IMG/VR virus record: IMGVR_UViG_3300020192_000010
Coordinates: 1-64,000 of that record
Reading direction: 5' to 3' (one strand)
DNA length: 64,000 nt
Origin: a virus
This document shows positions 1-8,915 of the stretch, one piece after another (position 1 is the stretch's first letter; each line of letters opens with the position of its first letter). Below the pieces are notes generated by a model that saw only the letters and a program-made list of their open reading frames with translations, was not told the origin of the DNA and did no database searches. The translations under genes and the position numbers were made by a program.

Positions 1-23
1 CTATATTTATAGGATCTTCTCAT
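1..23 (-). CDS. tnpB: 5' end of tnpB (partial)
   Basis: The ATG at 23 reads MRRSYKY(R), a typical TnpB N-terminus, and lies just inside the IS left end. Confidence 0.75.
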
Positions 24-107
24 TGCTACTCTATATAACGCATTATATTTTTCTGGAACAAAAATTCATCCCCTCCCTAAAGGGAGGGGTATTCTTTTTG
101 GAGAATG
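1..107 (-). mobile_element. Left end of an IS200/IS605-family (tnpB) element running off the window edge
   Basis: Subterminal hairpin CCCCTCCC-TAAA-GGGAGGGG at 70-89. About 100 bp nearly identical to 7846-7948. Both copies are preceded on the minus strand by TTAT (108-111). Confidence 0.85.
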
Positions 108-232
108 ATAAAAATCTTAAACCAAGGCGTCGAAATAACGCGGTACCGTTGAAAATGAACTACATCTTTGCGACTTACAATCTCACGAACGAGGAATAGT
201 TTCCGAAGCACCCATACCAATAACTCTATCAC
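108..232 (-). pseudogene. 5' part of a phage gene interrupted by the IS insertion
   Basis: A GTG at 232 overlaps the dnaB stop (GTGA). The frame reads MIELLVWVLRKLFLVREIVSRKDVVHFQRYRVISTPWFKIF, open exactly up to the TTAT insertion site. Not in the ORF track. Confidence 0.6.
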
Positions 233-1638
233 TGTGTTCCATCCTCTTGTAACTTACGAAGTCGTTCTTCTATGTCATCAGAGTTAGCCAACTCTGGGTT
301 TCCATCGCCGTAATCGTTAATTAGCGAGCAGTTAGCAAAGTTCTTCAACAGCCTTCCTTTGACCAACTCGCCATCACGGTTCTTGATGAAGTGCAAGATC
401 ATATCAGGATGCATTCCCTCATCGTCGCGTTTTTCAATTTGCATTGCAATATTAGCGTTCTGAATGATAAGAGCCGAGCGTCCAATGCGATGTTGTCCGA
501 TCTTATCTGCACTGGTTTGTTCCTTGGATTTGCCAGCTGTTCGGTTCAGCTGAACCGCGCTCAAGACCGCCACATTGAACATACGAGCAAACTCGTGAAG
601 CTTCTCAGAAATCTTTCCAAGCTTGAGCCAGTCATCCATCTCTCCCTCATATTCCATGAGGCCGAGATAATCGACGATGATAACATCTGGCTCGAACTTC
701 AGCTTAGCATCGTTGTATATAAGCTCTAGCTGTTCTGCCGTTGCTCCACGAGGGATGTCAACAATCTCAAATTCGTATGGATAGTTCTTTACAAACTTAA
801 TACCGTTCTGTAGCTTATCAGTATCTTCAGCAAGCAAGTTACCGTCACGAATGCCGCGATACGGGACGTCACTTACTCTAGAGAGTACGCGATTCAGACA
901 CTGCTCGTGTGGCATTTCAAGGGAGAAATATAGTACATTGTATCCCTTCTTGAAATCAGTAAACTGGTCCGTCTTATTGTTTTGAAGCCACATCTGAATC
1001 GCAAGATTCATCAGTAGCATCGACTTACCCGAGCCTGACTCGCCTGCTACGAGAAACAGCTCGGCTGGGCGCAAGCCGTTCGTTTGAAAATCAATGAAGT
1101 TGTAACCGGTCAGAATGCCACGGCCGAAATTAGGGTCCTTAGCCTTGGCAATGTACCGCTGACGAAAGTCGCCAATCGATTCTTTCAAAGTCTTTTGATC
1201 GTAAATCTTGCTCTTGTAAAGGCCGCGAACGCGCTCCGATACAGCCTGTAACGATTGGACCGTTTTCTGAATGTCTACGTCACCCTCTGCGGATATAGAG
1301 TCCTTGACAGAAACAAGTAGCTGAGCCGCGTATCGATCCTTCAGCTTCTTCAGGTTGTGCTTGAACTCTTTTTCATTCAAAACTTGCGGCAACAACGATT
1401 CATAAACTGTATCGATGTACTTGCTAAGTGTTGGGTTGTTATTAGCAAATGTCTCAGTCAATACGCGCTGTGTCGGTATCTCTTTGTAGATTTTTAGGTA
1501 ATCGATTACGATGCGTCCGAATCGCCAAAGGTCTGGTGAAAAGATTTTGTCCTCACACCCCGAAGCGAATTCAGAGGCGTACTTCTTGTTCTCTAGTACT
1601 ACTTTAAGTACGGATAAGTCTAATTCAGGTAAGTTCAT
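229..1638 (-). CDS. dnaB: Replicative DNA helicase (DnaB/SF4)
   Basis: Walker A GESGSGKS; motifs FSLEM, IIVDYL, AVQLNR and KNRDG. Confidence 0.93.
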   Translation of the reverse strand: MNLPELDLSVLKVVLENKKYASEFASGCEDKIFSPDLWRFGRIVIDYLKIYKEIPTQRVLTETFANNNPTLSKYIDTVYESLLPQVLNEKEFKHNLKKLKDRYAAQLLVSVKDSISAEGDVDIQKTVQSLQAVSERVRGLYKSKIYDQKTLKESIGDFRQRYIAKAKDPNFGRGILTGYNFIDFQTNGLRPAELFLVAGESGSGKSMLLMNLAIQMWLQNNKTDQFTDFKKGYNVLYFSLEMPHEQCLNRVLSRVSDVPYRGIRDGNLLAEDTDKLQNGIKFVKNYPYEFEIVDIPRGATAEQLELIYNDAKLKFEPDVIIVDYLGLMEYEGEMDDWLKLGKISEKLHEFARMFNVAVLSAVQLNRTAGKSKEQTSADKIGQHRIGRSALIIQNANIAMQIEKRDDEGMHPDMILHFIKNRDGELVKGRLLKNFANCSLINDYGDGNPELANSDDIEERLRKLQEDGTQ

Positions 1639-1650
1639 TCAGCCTCAAAG

Positions 1651-2403
1651 TCATTTTTTAATCGTTTTACGAAAATCATCTCCAACAACAATCACGTTCT
1701 TCACATAACCTTTCATAAGCGATTCAAGGCTCATTTTGATTGGTCCAGTAAACGCCTCAATGATGTTAGGAGAATTGGTACACAGAAACGTTGGAAGTCT
1801 ATTCTGAGACCGTGTACGAAATACATTTTCTAATGTTCGACCAAATAGGTCGGACGCCAGCTCGCTCTGCATGAAGCGGGTATCAAATTCATCAATTACT
1901 AAGAAGTCTACACTCATCAGCTCTCGACGCGCCGCGTAAGCATCTTCTGCATCTCGACTTAGAAGAACAGCCACGATATCGCTCAGAGTCGAGTAGAGGC
2001 ACGTGTAGCCCTTGAGCGACGCTGTTTTTATAATGTTCGTAACCGACATTGTTTTACCAATACCGTGACCGCCAGCAAAGCACAACGACATACCCTTGCG
2101 GTAGGTGCCGGGCAGGTCAGCGATTATTTCGTCAAACTTAGCCTTCAGCTTCGGTTCACCAACGAAATCGGCCATGCTAAGATCCCAATACTCGACCGGA
2201 ACGTTGGCGTCTGCAAACCGTCTAATCGCAACGGTTCTGACAGTACAATCTGAGCAGATACCATCTGATAAGTTATTCGTTATCTTCGTCTTTACGAGAG
2301 AACATTTCGTGCAAGCCTGGATAAGTTCGAACACCCTTTCCGTTATTTTCCTCGGAGGGACGTTTGATAGGCCTTGGCTTCTTTGAAAGGTTGGGGAATG
2401 CAT
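1651..2403 (-). CDS. DnaC/IstB-like AAA+ helicase loader
   Basis: GGHGIGKT Walker A, FLVIDEF Walker B, N-terminal CTKC...CSDC; adjacent to dnaB. Confidence 0.85.
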   Translation of the reverse strand: MHSPTFQRSQGLSNVPPRKITERVFELIQACTKCSLVKTKITNNLSDGICSDCTVRTVAIRRFADANVPVEYWDLSMADFVGEPKLKAKFDEIIADLPGTYRKGMSLCFAGGHGIGKTMSVTNIIKTASLKGYTCLYSTLSDIVAVLLSRDAEDAYAARRELMSVDFLVIDEFDTRFMQSELASDLFGRTLENVFRTRSQNRLPTFLCTNSPNIIEAFTGPIKMSLESLMKGYVKNVIVVGDDFRKTIKK

Positions 2404-2758
2404 AAGTTCCTACTGACCCTGTCTGGGTCATTTCGTGAGTGCGGAGTTTTCCGAAGAATTCTTCTCGTTCGTACCGATTGAGTTCTTTCTTCAACTCGGC
2501 AAGATCTTGAATCGTCTGTTTATCTTTTTTAGGTTCCTCGGCTAGCTTCTCAAACTCTTGAGTAGCCACACGCTTGGGTCGGTATTTAGCATGAATAATA
2601 ACTGTAAGAACATTGACTAACGTATTGTGAATAATACATATCGATTCGTTATCTGAAACCAATACTGATTTTTCATCCGACCACGATTGAACTGTGCCTT
2701 CGGCACTCGTTCCATTGACGAATAATACCTTTATGTATTGGCCAGCTTCCGGATTCAT
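2273..2758 (-). CDS. Hypothetical protein (possible Sm/SH3-like N-terminus plus coiled coil)
   Basis: 161-aa ORF whose start overlaps the upstream stop (ATGA); its 3' end overlaps the loader gene by 131 nt. Confidence 0.7.
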   Translation of the reverse strand: MNPEAGQYIKVLFVNGTSAEGTVQSWSDEKSVLVSDNESICIIHNTLVNVLTVIIHAKYRPKRVATQEFEKLAEEPKKDKQTIQDLAELKKELNRYEREEFFGKLRTHEMTQTGSVGTYAFPNLSKKPRPIKRPSEENNGKGVRTYPGLHEMFSRKDEDNE

Positions 2759-3363
2759 TTCACAGACTCAAGACAAGCGCTATCAAACCCGGCAGCATTG
2801 AGTTGTACGAATGCGTTTGTATAATTTTCATCACCATCGGCTGCCTGCTTCAAGAAAGCCAAATCTCCATAAGTATGAACGCTCTTGATATCTAGATCTT
2901 CCAGAATCTGTAAAATGCTAGGCGGAAGAATTGTCGTGCGCGTAATCTGCTTAGAACGTTTTTGCGTTACTTTAAATTCATGTATGAACTTCTCATTCAC
3001 CAAAAAACCAATAACTCTAAACGAATACTGATTAGAATTCAACTTGGTAGTAAATATCCAATCGATGTAGTCTTTGATTAGAGATGGTTCTTTGCTGCCA
3101 AGCGCCCCAACCAATCGGTTCAACTGATAGACTTCGTAACAACGTGAAGGCGGAGCATTGAACTTGAATGAATACTTTATCTTGAACTTCTCTTCGTACA
3201 GCTTCACGAAATGAGCAACCAAATGCACCGTCTTCCACTTTGAAGGTTCAACCTTCTCGGTCTCTTTGAACTTGGCAAAAAACGTTTCATAACGCTTGTT
3301 AGGGGCGTCACTCAGCTCGAAGTTTTCTTGCACTTTTGATTCTGCTTTCTTTTTCGGTGGCAT
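2755..3363 (-). CDS. Hypothetical protein in the replication module
   Basis: 202-aa ORF tightly packed in the operon. Confidence 0.8.
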   Translation of the reverse strand: MPPKKKAESKVQENFELSDAPNKRYETFFAKFKETEKVEPSKWKTVHLVAHFVKLYEEKFKIKYSFKFNAPPSRCYEVYQLNRLVGALGSKEPSLIKDYIDWIFTTKLNSNQYSFRVIGFLVNEKFIHEFKVTQKRSKQITRTTILPPSILQILEDLDIKSVHTYGDLAFLKQAADGDENYTNAFVQLNAAGFDSACLESVK

Positions 3364-3364
3364 G

Positions 3365-3730
3365 TTATCTTAGATGTAAAAGTTTTTGCATTTGACGACG
3401 ATTGAATTCAATCTGTTCCATTTCGTTCCACTCTTCGGGAACCGGCATCTCCGGAAGGCTTTTTTTGGCACCATTTTCCGCCCGCATATCGTCAAGCATC
3501 GTGACGAACCCGATGGATTGCATTAGACCTATAGAGTTGTTGAAATGATGAGAGTAAGCATAACCGTTCTTATATCTAAGATAGACCCGATACTTATTGT
3601 CATTCTTATATTGCAATTGTAAAAGAATATGAGCTTCTGGCGGCGGCTTCCTTCTAACATAGAAGACTATCGATTCAATCCTGTTGTTAGTGAACGCCTG
3701 AAGAGCTAGTTTTTTAAGATCGGTCCTCAT
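3365..3730 (-). CDS. Hypothetical protein
   Basis: 121-aa ORF with an ATGA overlap with the helicase stop. Confidence 0.7.
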   Translation of the reverse strand: MRTDLKKLALQAFTNNRIESIVFYVRRKPPPEAHILLQLQYKNDNKYRVYLRYKNGYAYSHHFNNSIGLMQSIGFVTMLDDMRAENGAKKSLPEMPVPEEWNEMEQIEFNRRQMQKLLHLR

Positions 3731-5226
3731 CGTTTTTTCTTTTTACTTGGCCAGTGAACTTCAAAACCATCTTCTGACTTGTAAACCTTGAACCTTATCT
3801 TGGAGTGCTTGTCTAAAAATTTACAATTATCGTTGAAGTCCACTATGCCAGCAATTTTCTTTCCAGGATATCGCCTAATTACTCGGCCAATTCTTTGGAT
3901 AGCCTTAACCGTAGACTTTCCACCGCACGCTACGATGAGCCCAGACAGGGAGGGGATATCGACACCGATGTCAAAAATCTTTGAGGCCAGAACGCAATTT
4001 AGACGACCTGCCATCAGGTCCTTCTTCACCTGCTCTCTCGTCTCCTTGTCGTCGGATCCGTCAAGAATGGCGCATGGAATCTCGTCCTTTATCAAATCGT
4101 AAAGTATCTTTCCATGAGCTAAGCTATTAAATAGAATTAATGTTTGATAGCCTTGGCCGGTCAGCATCTTTGCTGCCTTCAAAACCATCTCGTTTCTATC
4201 TTCGTTTTCTACTATGTACGCTTTGTAAATTGATTTGTAATTATTTGGAGGCTGTTCTCTAAGTTTTGGAACATCCATAAACCTAATTATTGGTTTGGCT
4301 AGAAATCCTCGTTGAATAAGGTAACTGGCCTGAATGTTTACTATGTATTTACCGAGCAGCGCCTCAATCAAAAGATCGGCATTGTCGTCGCGCCAAGGAG
4401 AACCGCTAAGACCGTATATGTACTCTGCGTTATCTAAACTTTTGTAGAGACGCTGTATTGTTGCACATGCAGCCATATGACACTCATCGATAATGTGCAC
4501 CTTAGCATCAGCAAGAAGATTGATTATCTCAGAACCCTTCTCTAGGTTGAACTTCTCGGAATCGTCGTCGCCATCTAAAAGAATATCGCTCTTCTTCAGG
4601 CCCATCGCTTGTCCGACTGTCCAAATTGATACAACATTGATTTGCGATATTCTACATAGACCGTCGCCAATGATACCGGCTTTGTCACCGAAAATATCTT
4701 TGAACAAATCGTAAAACTGATATAGCAAATCCTTTCCTATCACATACACGATAGTTGGTTTGCCGTACTCTGCCGCAATCATCGCAGCGATAAGACTCTT
4801 ACCGCCTCCTGTTGCTAGTTTGATAATTCCACGATCATGCTTCTTAGCTTCTTCAAGAGCCTGAACCTGATAGTCATGCGGAACCTTATCCATTCTCTTC
4901 AAAATGGCTTCGATATCCATCTTGTTATTTGGTGTCTTTGGCGGCCGCTGATCTACTACCTCGATCTGTTTGCTATACGATTTGAAAAACTCTTCTACTC
5001 GCGGAACAAGCCCTGATGGAAACTCCAAACGATCGGTCATGATACGTCTCGTACCATCCCATCGATCAAATCCGCCAGTCTTCTTATTTGCAAAACCTTT
5101 GAATGCTCTAGTATATTGAGCACCCGGTACCGTAAACGACAAGTGACTATCTAATGTAGTTAAGAATTGGAAATCTGTTTCGTCAACTATTTGAGAAAAG
5201 TTTCCTCTATTGATAATTTTAGCCAT
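3727..5226 (-). CDS. Superfamily 2 DExH helicase (UvsW-like)
   Basis: ATGGGKS, DECH, SGSP and QRIGRVIR helicase motifs. Confidence 0.92.
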   Translation of the reverse strand: MAKIINRGNFSQIVDETDFQFLTTLDSHLSFTVPGAQYTRAFKGFANKKTGGFDRWDGTRRIMTDRLEFPSGLVPRVEEFFKSYSKQIEVVDQRPPKTPNNKMDIEAILKRMDKVPHDYQVQALEEAKKHDRGIIKLATGGGKSLIAAMIAAEYGKPTIVYVIGKDLLYQFYDLFKDIFGDKAGIIGDGLCRISQINVVSIWTVGQAMGLKKSDILLDGDDDSEKFNLEKGSEIINLLADAKVHIIDECHMAACATIQRLYKSLDNAEYIYGLSGSPWRDDNADLLIEALLGKYIVNIQASYLIQRGFLAKPIIRFMDVPKLREQPPNNYKSIYKAYIVENEDRNEMVLKAAKMLTGQGYQTLILFNSLAHGKILYDLIKDEIPCAILDGSDDKETREQVKKDLMAGRLNCVLASKIFDIGVDIPSLSGLIVACGGKSTVKAIQRIGRVIRRYPGKKIAGIVDFNDNCKFLDKHSKIRFKVYKSEDGFEVHWPSKKKKR

Positions 5227-5253
5227 TCCTGTCCTTCGAGCATATTACTTAGC

Positions 5254-6048
5254 TCACTCGTCACTTGACGTATCTTCTGCTTTTGACATTTCATCTTGTT
5301 GATCTGCTGGTACGGTCGTGTCTGGTTCTTCTGCTACATCAAGTGTTATGAGGCCTTGCTCATTTAGCTTGGTTAGAAATGGAAATATGTTTTTATCAGC
5401 TCCTTGAACTTCTTCCCAAGAGTTCAAAGATATCGGCATTCCATCAAACGCATTCATGGCCTGTGACAGCTCGGCTGGGCCACGGGTTGATAAAACTGGA
5501 TACATCGGCTTGACTGCTCCCGGAGTTCTCTTACCAATTGCTGACGTTACTTTCGTCATCATATCTATGGATGTTTTTAGATCTCCACGAAGCACTGGGT
5601 AGAATCCATCCAGATCTGTTAGAAACTGATCTAACGGATATGAATTGGCATGCGCGGCATCGACAGAAAAACCAACAAAACCATCCACAACCTTTTTCTT
5701 TATCGCCTCAACGAACCGGGCGGCTTCCATACTTTGCCCTTGCCAAGCAACGCTTGGAACAACGATGTGCCCATTAGTTCCATCCTTAAATAGACTTTGA
5801 ATCAAATGAACTTCAGCAGTCCATGTCTGCGGACGAGACTTATGCCACGTAAGTACCTCAAGTCCCGACTTGTGAGCGTAATCAAGTTGTTTGACAAAGG
5901 TATCGCTTTGCAATTGATTGTTTCGGTAGGCGTCACCGGCCTTAATCGCAATCCAACTAATACCGCTTTTACAAGCTTGCTTAACAACACTTTCCCACGT
6001 TCCGCATTTATCTAACCTGTCAATCCAAATACCTAGTCTTCCAAGCAT
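5254..6048 (-). CDS. Putative glycoside-hydrolase-like TIM-barrel protein, possibly inactive
   Basis: N-terminus GIWI...GISWIAIKAGD...AHKSGLEVLTW resembles GH25-like muramidase barrels; acidic C-terminal tail. Confidence 0.45.
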   Translation of the reverse strand: MLGRLGIWIDRLDKCGTWESVVKQACKSGISWIAIKAGDAYRNNQLQSDTFVKQLDYAHKSGLEVLTWHKSRPQTWTAEVHLIQSLFKDGTNGHIVVPSVAWQGQSMEAARFVEAIKKKVVDGFVGFSVDAAHANSYPLDQFLTDLDGFYPVLRGDLKTSIDMMTKVTSAIGKRTPGAVKPMYPVLSTRGPAELSQAMNAFDGMPISLNSWEEVQGADKNIFPFLTKLNEQGLITLDVAEEPDTTVPADQQDEMSKAEDTSSDE

Positions 6049-6065
6049 TTTACCTCTTATTTTAT

Positions 6066-6072
6066 ATATAAC
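6066..6072 (-). promoter_or_regulatory. Candidate phage promoter motif GNTATAT (one of seven intergenic copies)
   Basis: The same motif occurs on the coding strand at 7951, 32271, 39171, 43382, 48296 and 61332, each shortly upstream of a gene start. Confidence 0.45.
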
Positions 6073-6077
6073 GAACG

Positions 6078-6114
6078 AAAAATGCCGCGTTAAGTTTTGA
6101 GGCCTAACGCGGCA
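6078..6114 (-). terminator. Rho-independent terminator after the tubulin gene
   Basis: 10-bp stem TGCCGCGTTA/TAACGCGGCA followed by TTTTT on the minus strand. Confidence 0.75.
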
Positions 6115-6195
6115 AATTCGTTCACTTCTATTACGCTGCGGCTCTTAATCTTGAGGCTACCCTCTTACACTCCGTCAACGATAATACTCAACATA

Positions 6196-7533
6196 TTACC
6201 CCTTACGCTTATCGACAACTCCGCCCATCAACTTACCAAAAGCCGAATGCTTCGCAGCAATCTTCTCTTTGATCTTTTGCGCTTCCGATACGGTCTCGTT
6301 TACACCAGTATCCAGATTCAGGTTAAGATTGCGCTGTACGTCCTTGGCCTTTACAGCTTCTAGATTTGCTTTGGCCTCAACCTTTAGTTGCTGCACTCTA
6401 GACTCGGGCAATCCAAGCCCAGAAAACATTGAGTATATCTTTACAGCATCGTCTGGGCCTTCAACTACATAGATGCCCTTGAAAACGCCCTTAGGAGCCC
6501 CGCACTGCTCGTTTACCAGTTCAAGGGCATAGTTGACGCTTACGTTTGGAATCTTGTCCCAGACGCGTTTAGGCGCCACAAACATTAGCCCTACATAACG
6601 TGATTGTTTCAAATCGAACCCGGCAGCCAAAAGGTTACCATTGAGGTTATTTACAACGGCACTTGCCATGGCCGTAGCGTCCTCGTAATCGGTGACGGTC
6701 ATTTCGCCGTATACCGAAAGCCCTTCACCGTCAGTGAATAGCTTGCCCCATTCCATCGGATCCAACGGCTTAACATCAGAGTCCATAGATGATAGCGTAT
6801 TGAAAATATCAATCGGCCCAACAATAGCCTGGTTAGCTGTTTTGAAGAAATCAAGCTGACCGACGTCACTATAGATTGCTTCGATCTTAGCGTTATCAAC
6901 AACAATAAGATTATTGATTTTCTTAGACTGAACCAGTTTAGCCAACTTGGAAAGCGTGGTCAAAGCGTTATTCTTTGTCTGAGAGTCCTCGGTAGCCATT
7001 GGAAGCACCGTAATGACACACAAAGGCTTTCCCGTGCTGCTAAGGATGTCTACCAACGTTTCACATGAGCCTGCTCCAGAGCCGCCTCCGAGCGACAAAC
7101 AAAGCAAATTAATCTGAGAGTCAGGAAGTTTCGTTTCAACTAACTGAACAATGGCATCTCGATGCTGTTCAGCTGCCGCCTTACCGATCTCCAGTTCCTT
7201 TGCCGCTCCGCCAAGACCAAACTCCAAATGAAGCTTGTTGTTTTCTGGGACATCAATAAACTTAAGGTCTTGCGTTGCTGTATTGATGACTACAGCGTCG
7301 TAGCCAACCTTGTAAAAGGCCTCTGCTAAACGAGAGCCTGCCTGGCCTGTTCCAATGACACCTAAATTGATACTGCGAATTTTCTTTTCTACGATCTTTG
7401 CTGCCATCTCATCCTTCGGTTTTGCCAACTTGGCTTTTAATTCTGCGAGCTTTGCTTGATCTATATTTTGATTAGATACGTCGTCCACTATTTCCTCACT
7501 CTGATTCTCTGTTGTGACTGATTTTGCTCCCAT
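6196..7533 (-). CDS. Tubulin/FtsZ-family GTPase (PhuZ/TubZ-like)
   Basis: GTGQAG, GGGSGAG tubulin signature, VVDN, and a T7-like loop LDPME. Confidence 0.92.
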   Translation of the reverse strand: MGAKSVTTENQSEEIVDDVSNQNIDQAKLAELKAKLAKPKDEMAAKIVEKKIRSINLGVIGTGQAGSRLAEAFYKVGYDAVVINTATQDLKFIDVPENNKLHLEFGLGGAAKELEIGKAAAEQHRDAIVQLVETKLPDSQINLLCLSLGGGSGAGSCETLVDILSSTGKPLCVITVLPMATEDSQTKNNALTTLSKLAKLVQSKKINNLIVVDNAKIEAIYSDVGQLDFFKTANQAIVGPIDIFNTLSSMDSDVKPLDPMEWGKLFTDGEGLSVYGEMTVTDYEDATAMASAVVNNLNGNLLAAGFDLKQSRYVGLMFVAPKRVWDKIPNVSVNYALELVNEQCGAPKGVFKGIYVVEGPDDAVKIYSMFSGLGLPESRVQQLKVEAKANLEAVKAKDVQRNLNLNLDTGVNETVSEAQKIKEKIAAKHSAFGKLMGGVVDKRKG

Positions 7534-7552
7534 AATATCTTCCTTTGGAGTA

Positions 7553-7700
7553 GTGAACTACCTCGCCCTAAAGGGCGAGGCTTCTGAAAGTATCCGGCGA
7601 ATTTATTTCTCCGGATATCGCAAGGCTCGTACCGAGCCTTCTAACATTTATTGCCGCATTAATATCTCTATCGATGGCGTTGCCGCAGGCATCGCAATCG
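7553..7700 (-). ncRNA. Probable omegaRNA (reRNA) scaffold of the tnpB element; 5' boundary uncertain
   Basis: TnpB guide-RNA scaffolds are known to overlap the tnpB 3' end and right end, and this region is intact here. Confidence 0.45.
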
Positions 7701-7861
7701 TAAACTCTATCCCGTAAGGTTAAGAGTTTATTAATATTCCCGCAACAAGAACACGTCTTCGACGTGTTCTTTGGATTCACCTTGATCAAGATCCTACCAG
7801 CACTTTCAGCCTTGTAGGTTAAGAGGGCAACAAAGTTGCCCCAAGTATAGGATCTTCTCAT
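7568..7861 (-). pseudogene. tnpB: Internally deleted tnpB (97 aa: MRRSY fused in frame to the C-terminal zinc ribbon/RuvC-III)
   Basis: YKAESAG...TSKTCSCCG...YDCDACG..DRDINAAINV. The first five codons are identical to the copy at 9-23. Confidence 0.85.
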
Positions 7862-7955
7862 TGCTACTCTATATAACGCATTATATTTTTCTGAACAAAA
7901 ATTCATCCCCTCCCTTTAGGGAGGGGTATTCTTTTTGGAGAATGATAATTATATA

Positions 7956-8915
7956 TCAAAGACTGAGAAAATACTTGTTATCTAAGTACCATTCGACAGC
8001 TTGTACAATACCGTTTTTGAACTTAATTCCAGGTGCCCAACCGAGGTTTTTAAGTTTTGATGAATCGATAGAATATCTGAAATCGTGACCCAATCGATCT
8101 GGTACAAACTTGATCAAGTCAGTACCCTTACCCATTACTTTGCAGATCTCGTAAATAACTTCCAAATTGGTGAATTCTTGATTGGCTGAGATGTTGTACG
8201 TCTCGTTGTTTCCGCCACACTCCAACACCTTCAATATACCTGCACAGTTGTCAAACACATGAGTCCAGTCACGCACCTGTTGCCCAGCCCCATAAACAGG
8301 AATTGGTTGATCTTCCAAAATGCTTTTGATAACCTTAGGAATCAGCTTTTCAGGCGTTTGTCTAGGGCCATAGTTGTTTGATGACCTAGTAATATTGTAA
8401 TTCATTCCGAATGTTTCGGAAGCCGCTTTTACAATTAATTCCCCAGAAGCTTTAGAGGCTGAGTACGGATTACGAGGGTTCATCGGAGACTCCTCTGTCC
8501 ATGAAGCATCCGTTTCCGATTTCAGCTGCCCATAAACTTCATCAGTGGATACGTAAAGCAAACGCTTAACTTCATGTTTACGACAAGCGTCTACGATAAC
8601 TTGTGTTCCAACAACATTAGAAGTAATGAACTTGTATGGATCTGTAATAGAATCATCAACGAACGTCTCGGCTGCACCGTGAACGACAATGTCTGGTTGT
8701 TCCAACTGAAACACGCAATCCATGAAATGCTTATCTGTAATATCTCCGATGTAGAATTGATGATTCTTGTTTGCGTACACAGAGTTCATGTACTGTTTGC
8801 GAACGATCTTATCTACGCTGGCAAATGTATACGGATGCTTTTCATACAGGGACTTCCGAATGAAGTTCGAAAAGATGAATCCGATACTTCCTGTGACTAA
8901 TACTTTTTGTTTCAT
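7956..8915 (-). CDS. rmlB: dTDP-glucose 4,6-dehydratase
   Basis: VTGSIGFI, AAETFVD, STDEVYG, YSASK, NNYGPRQ, RDWTHV and DRLGHDFRY motifs. Confidence 0.92.
   Translation of the reverse strand: MKQKVLVTGSIGFIFSNFIRKSLYEKHPYTFASVDKIVRKQYMNSVYANKNHQFYIGDITDKHFMDCVFQLEQPDIVVHGAAETFVDDSITDPYKFITSNVVGTQVIVDACRKHEVKRLLYVSTDEVYGQLKSETDASWTEESPMNPRNPYSASKASGELIVKAASETFGMNYNITRSSNNYGPRQTPEKLIPKVIKSILEDQPIPVYGAGQQVRDWTHVFDNCAGILKVLECGGNNETYNISANQEFTNLEVIYEICKVMGKGTDLIKFVPDRLGHDFRYSIDSSKLKNLGWAPGIKFKNGIVQAVEWYLDNKYFLSL

Larger units (their letters stand above)
7553..7944 (-). mobile_element. 392-bp non-autonomous IS200/IS605 derivative with internally deleted tnpB
   Basis: Left-end hairpin at 7907-7926; right-end hairpin CCTCGCCC-TAAA-GGGCGAGG at 7561-7580 with terminal TTCAC; TTAT target at 7945-7948. 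Confidence 0.88.

Noticed and set aside
1-107. IStron (self-splicing IS) that would rescue the interrupted gene
   Set aside because: Only about 85 nt separate the left end from the tnpB start, too short for a group I intron core.
7862-7906. ORF-track start of the tnpB remnant at 7906
   Set aside because: These 15 codons lie in the IS left end, and the sibling copy has a 1-nt indel here. The conserved start is the ATG at 7861.
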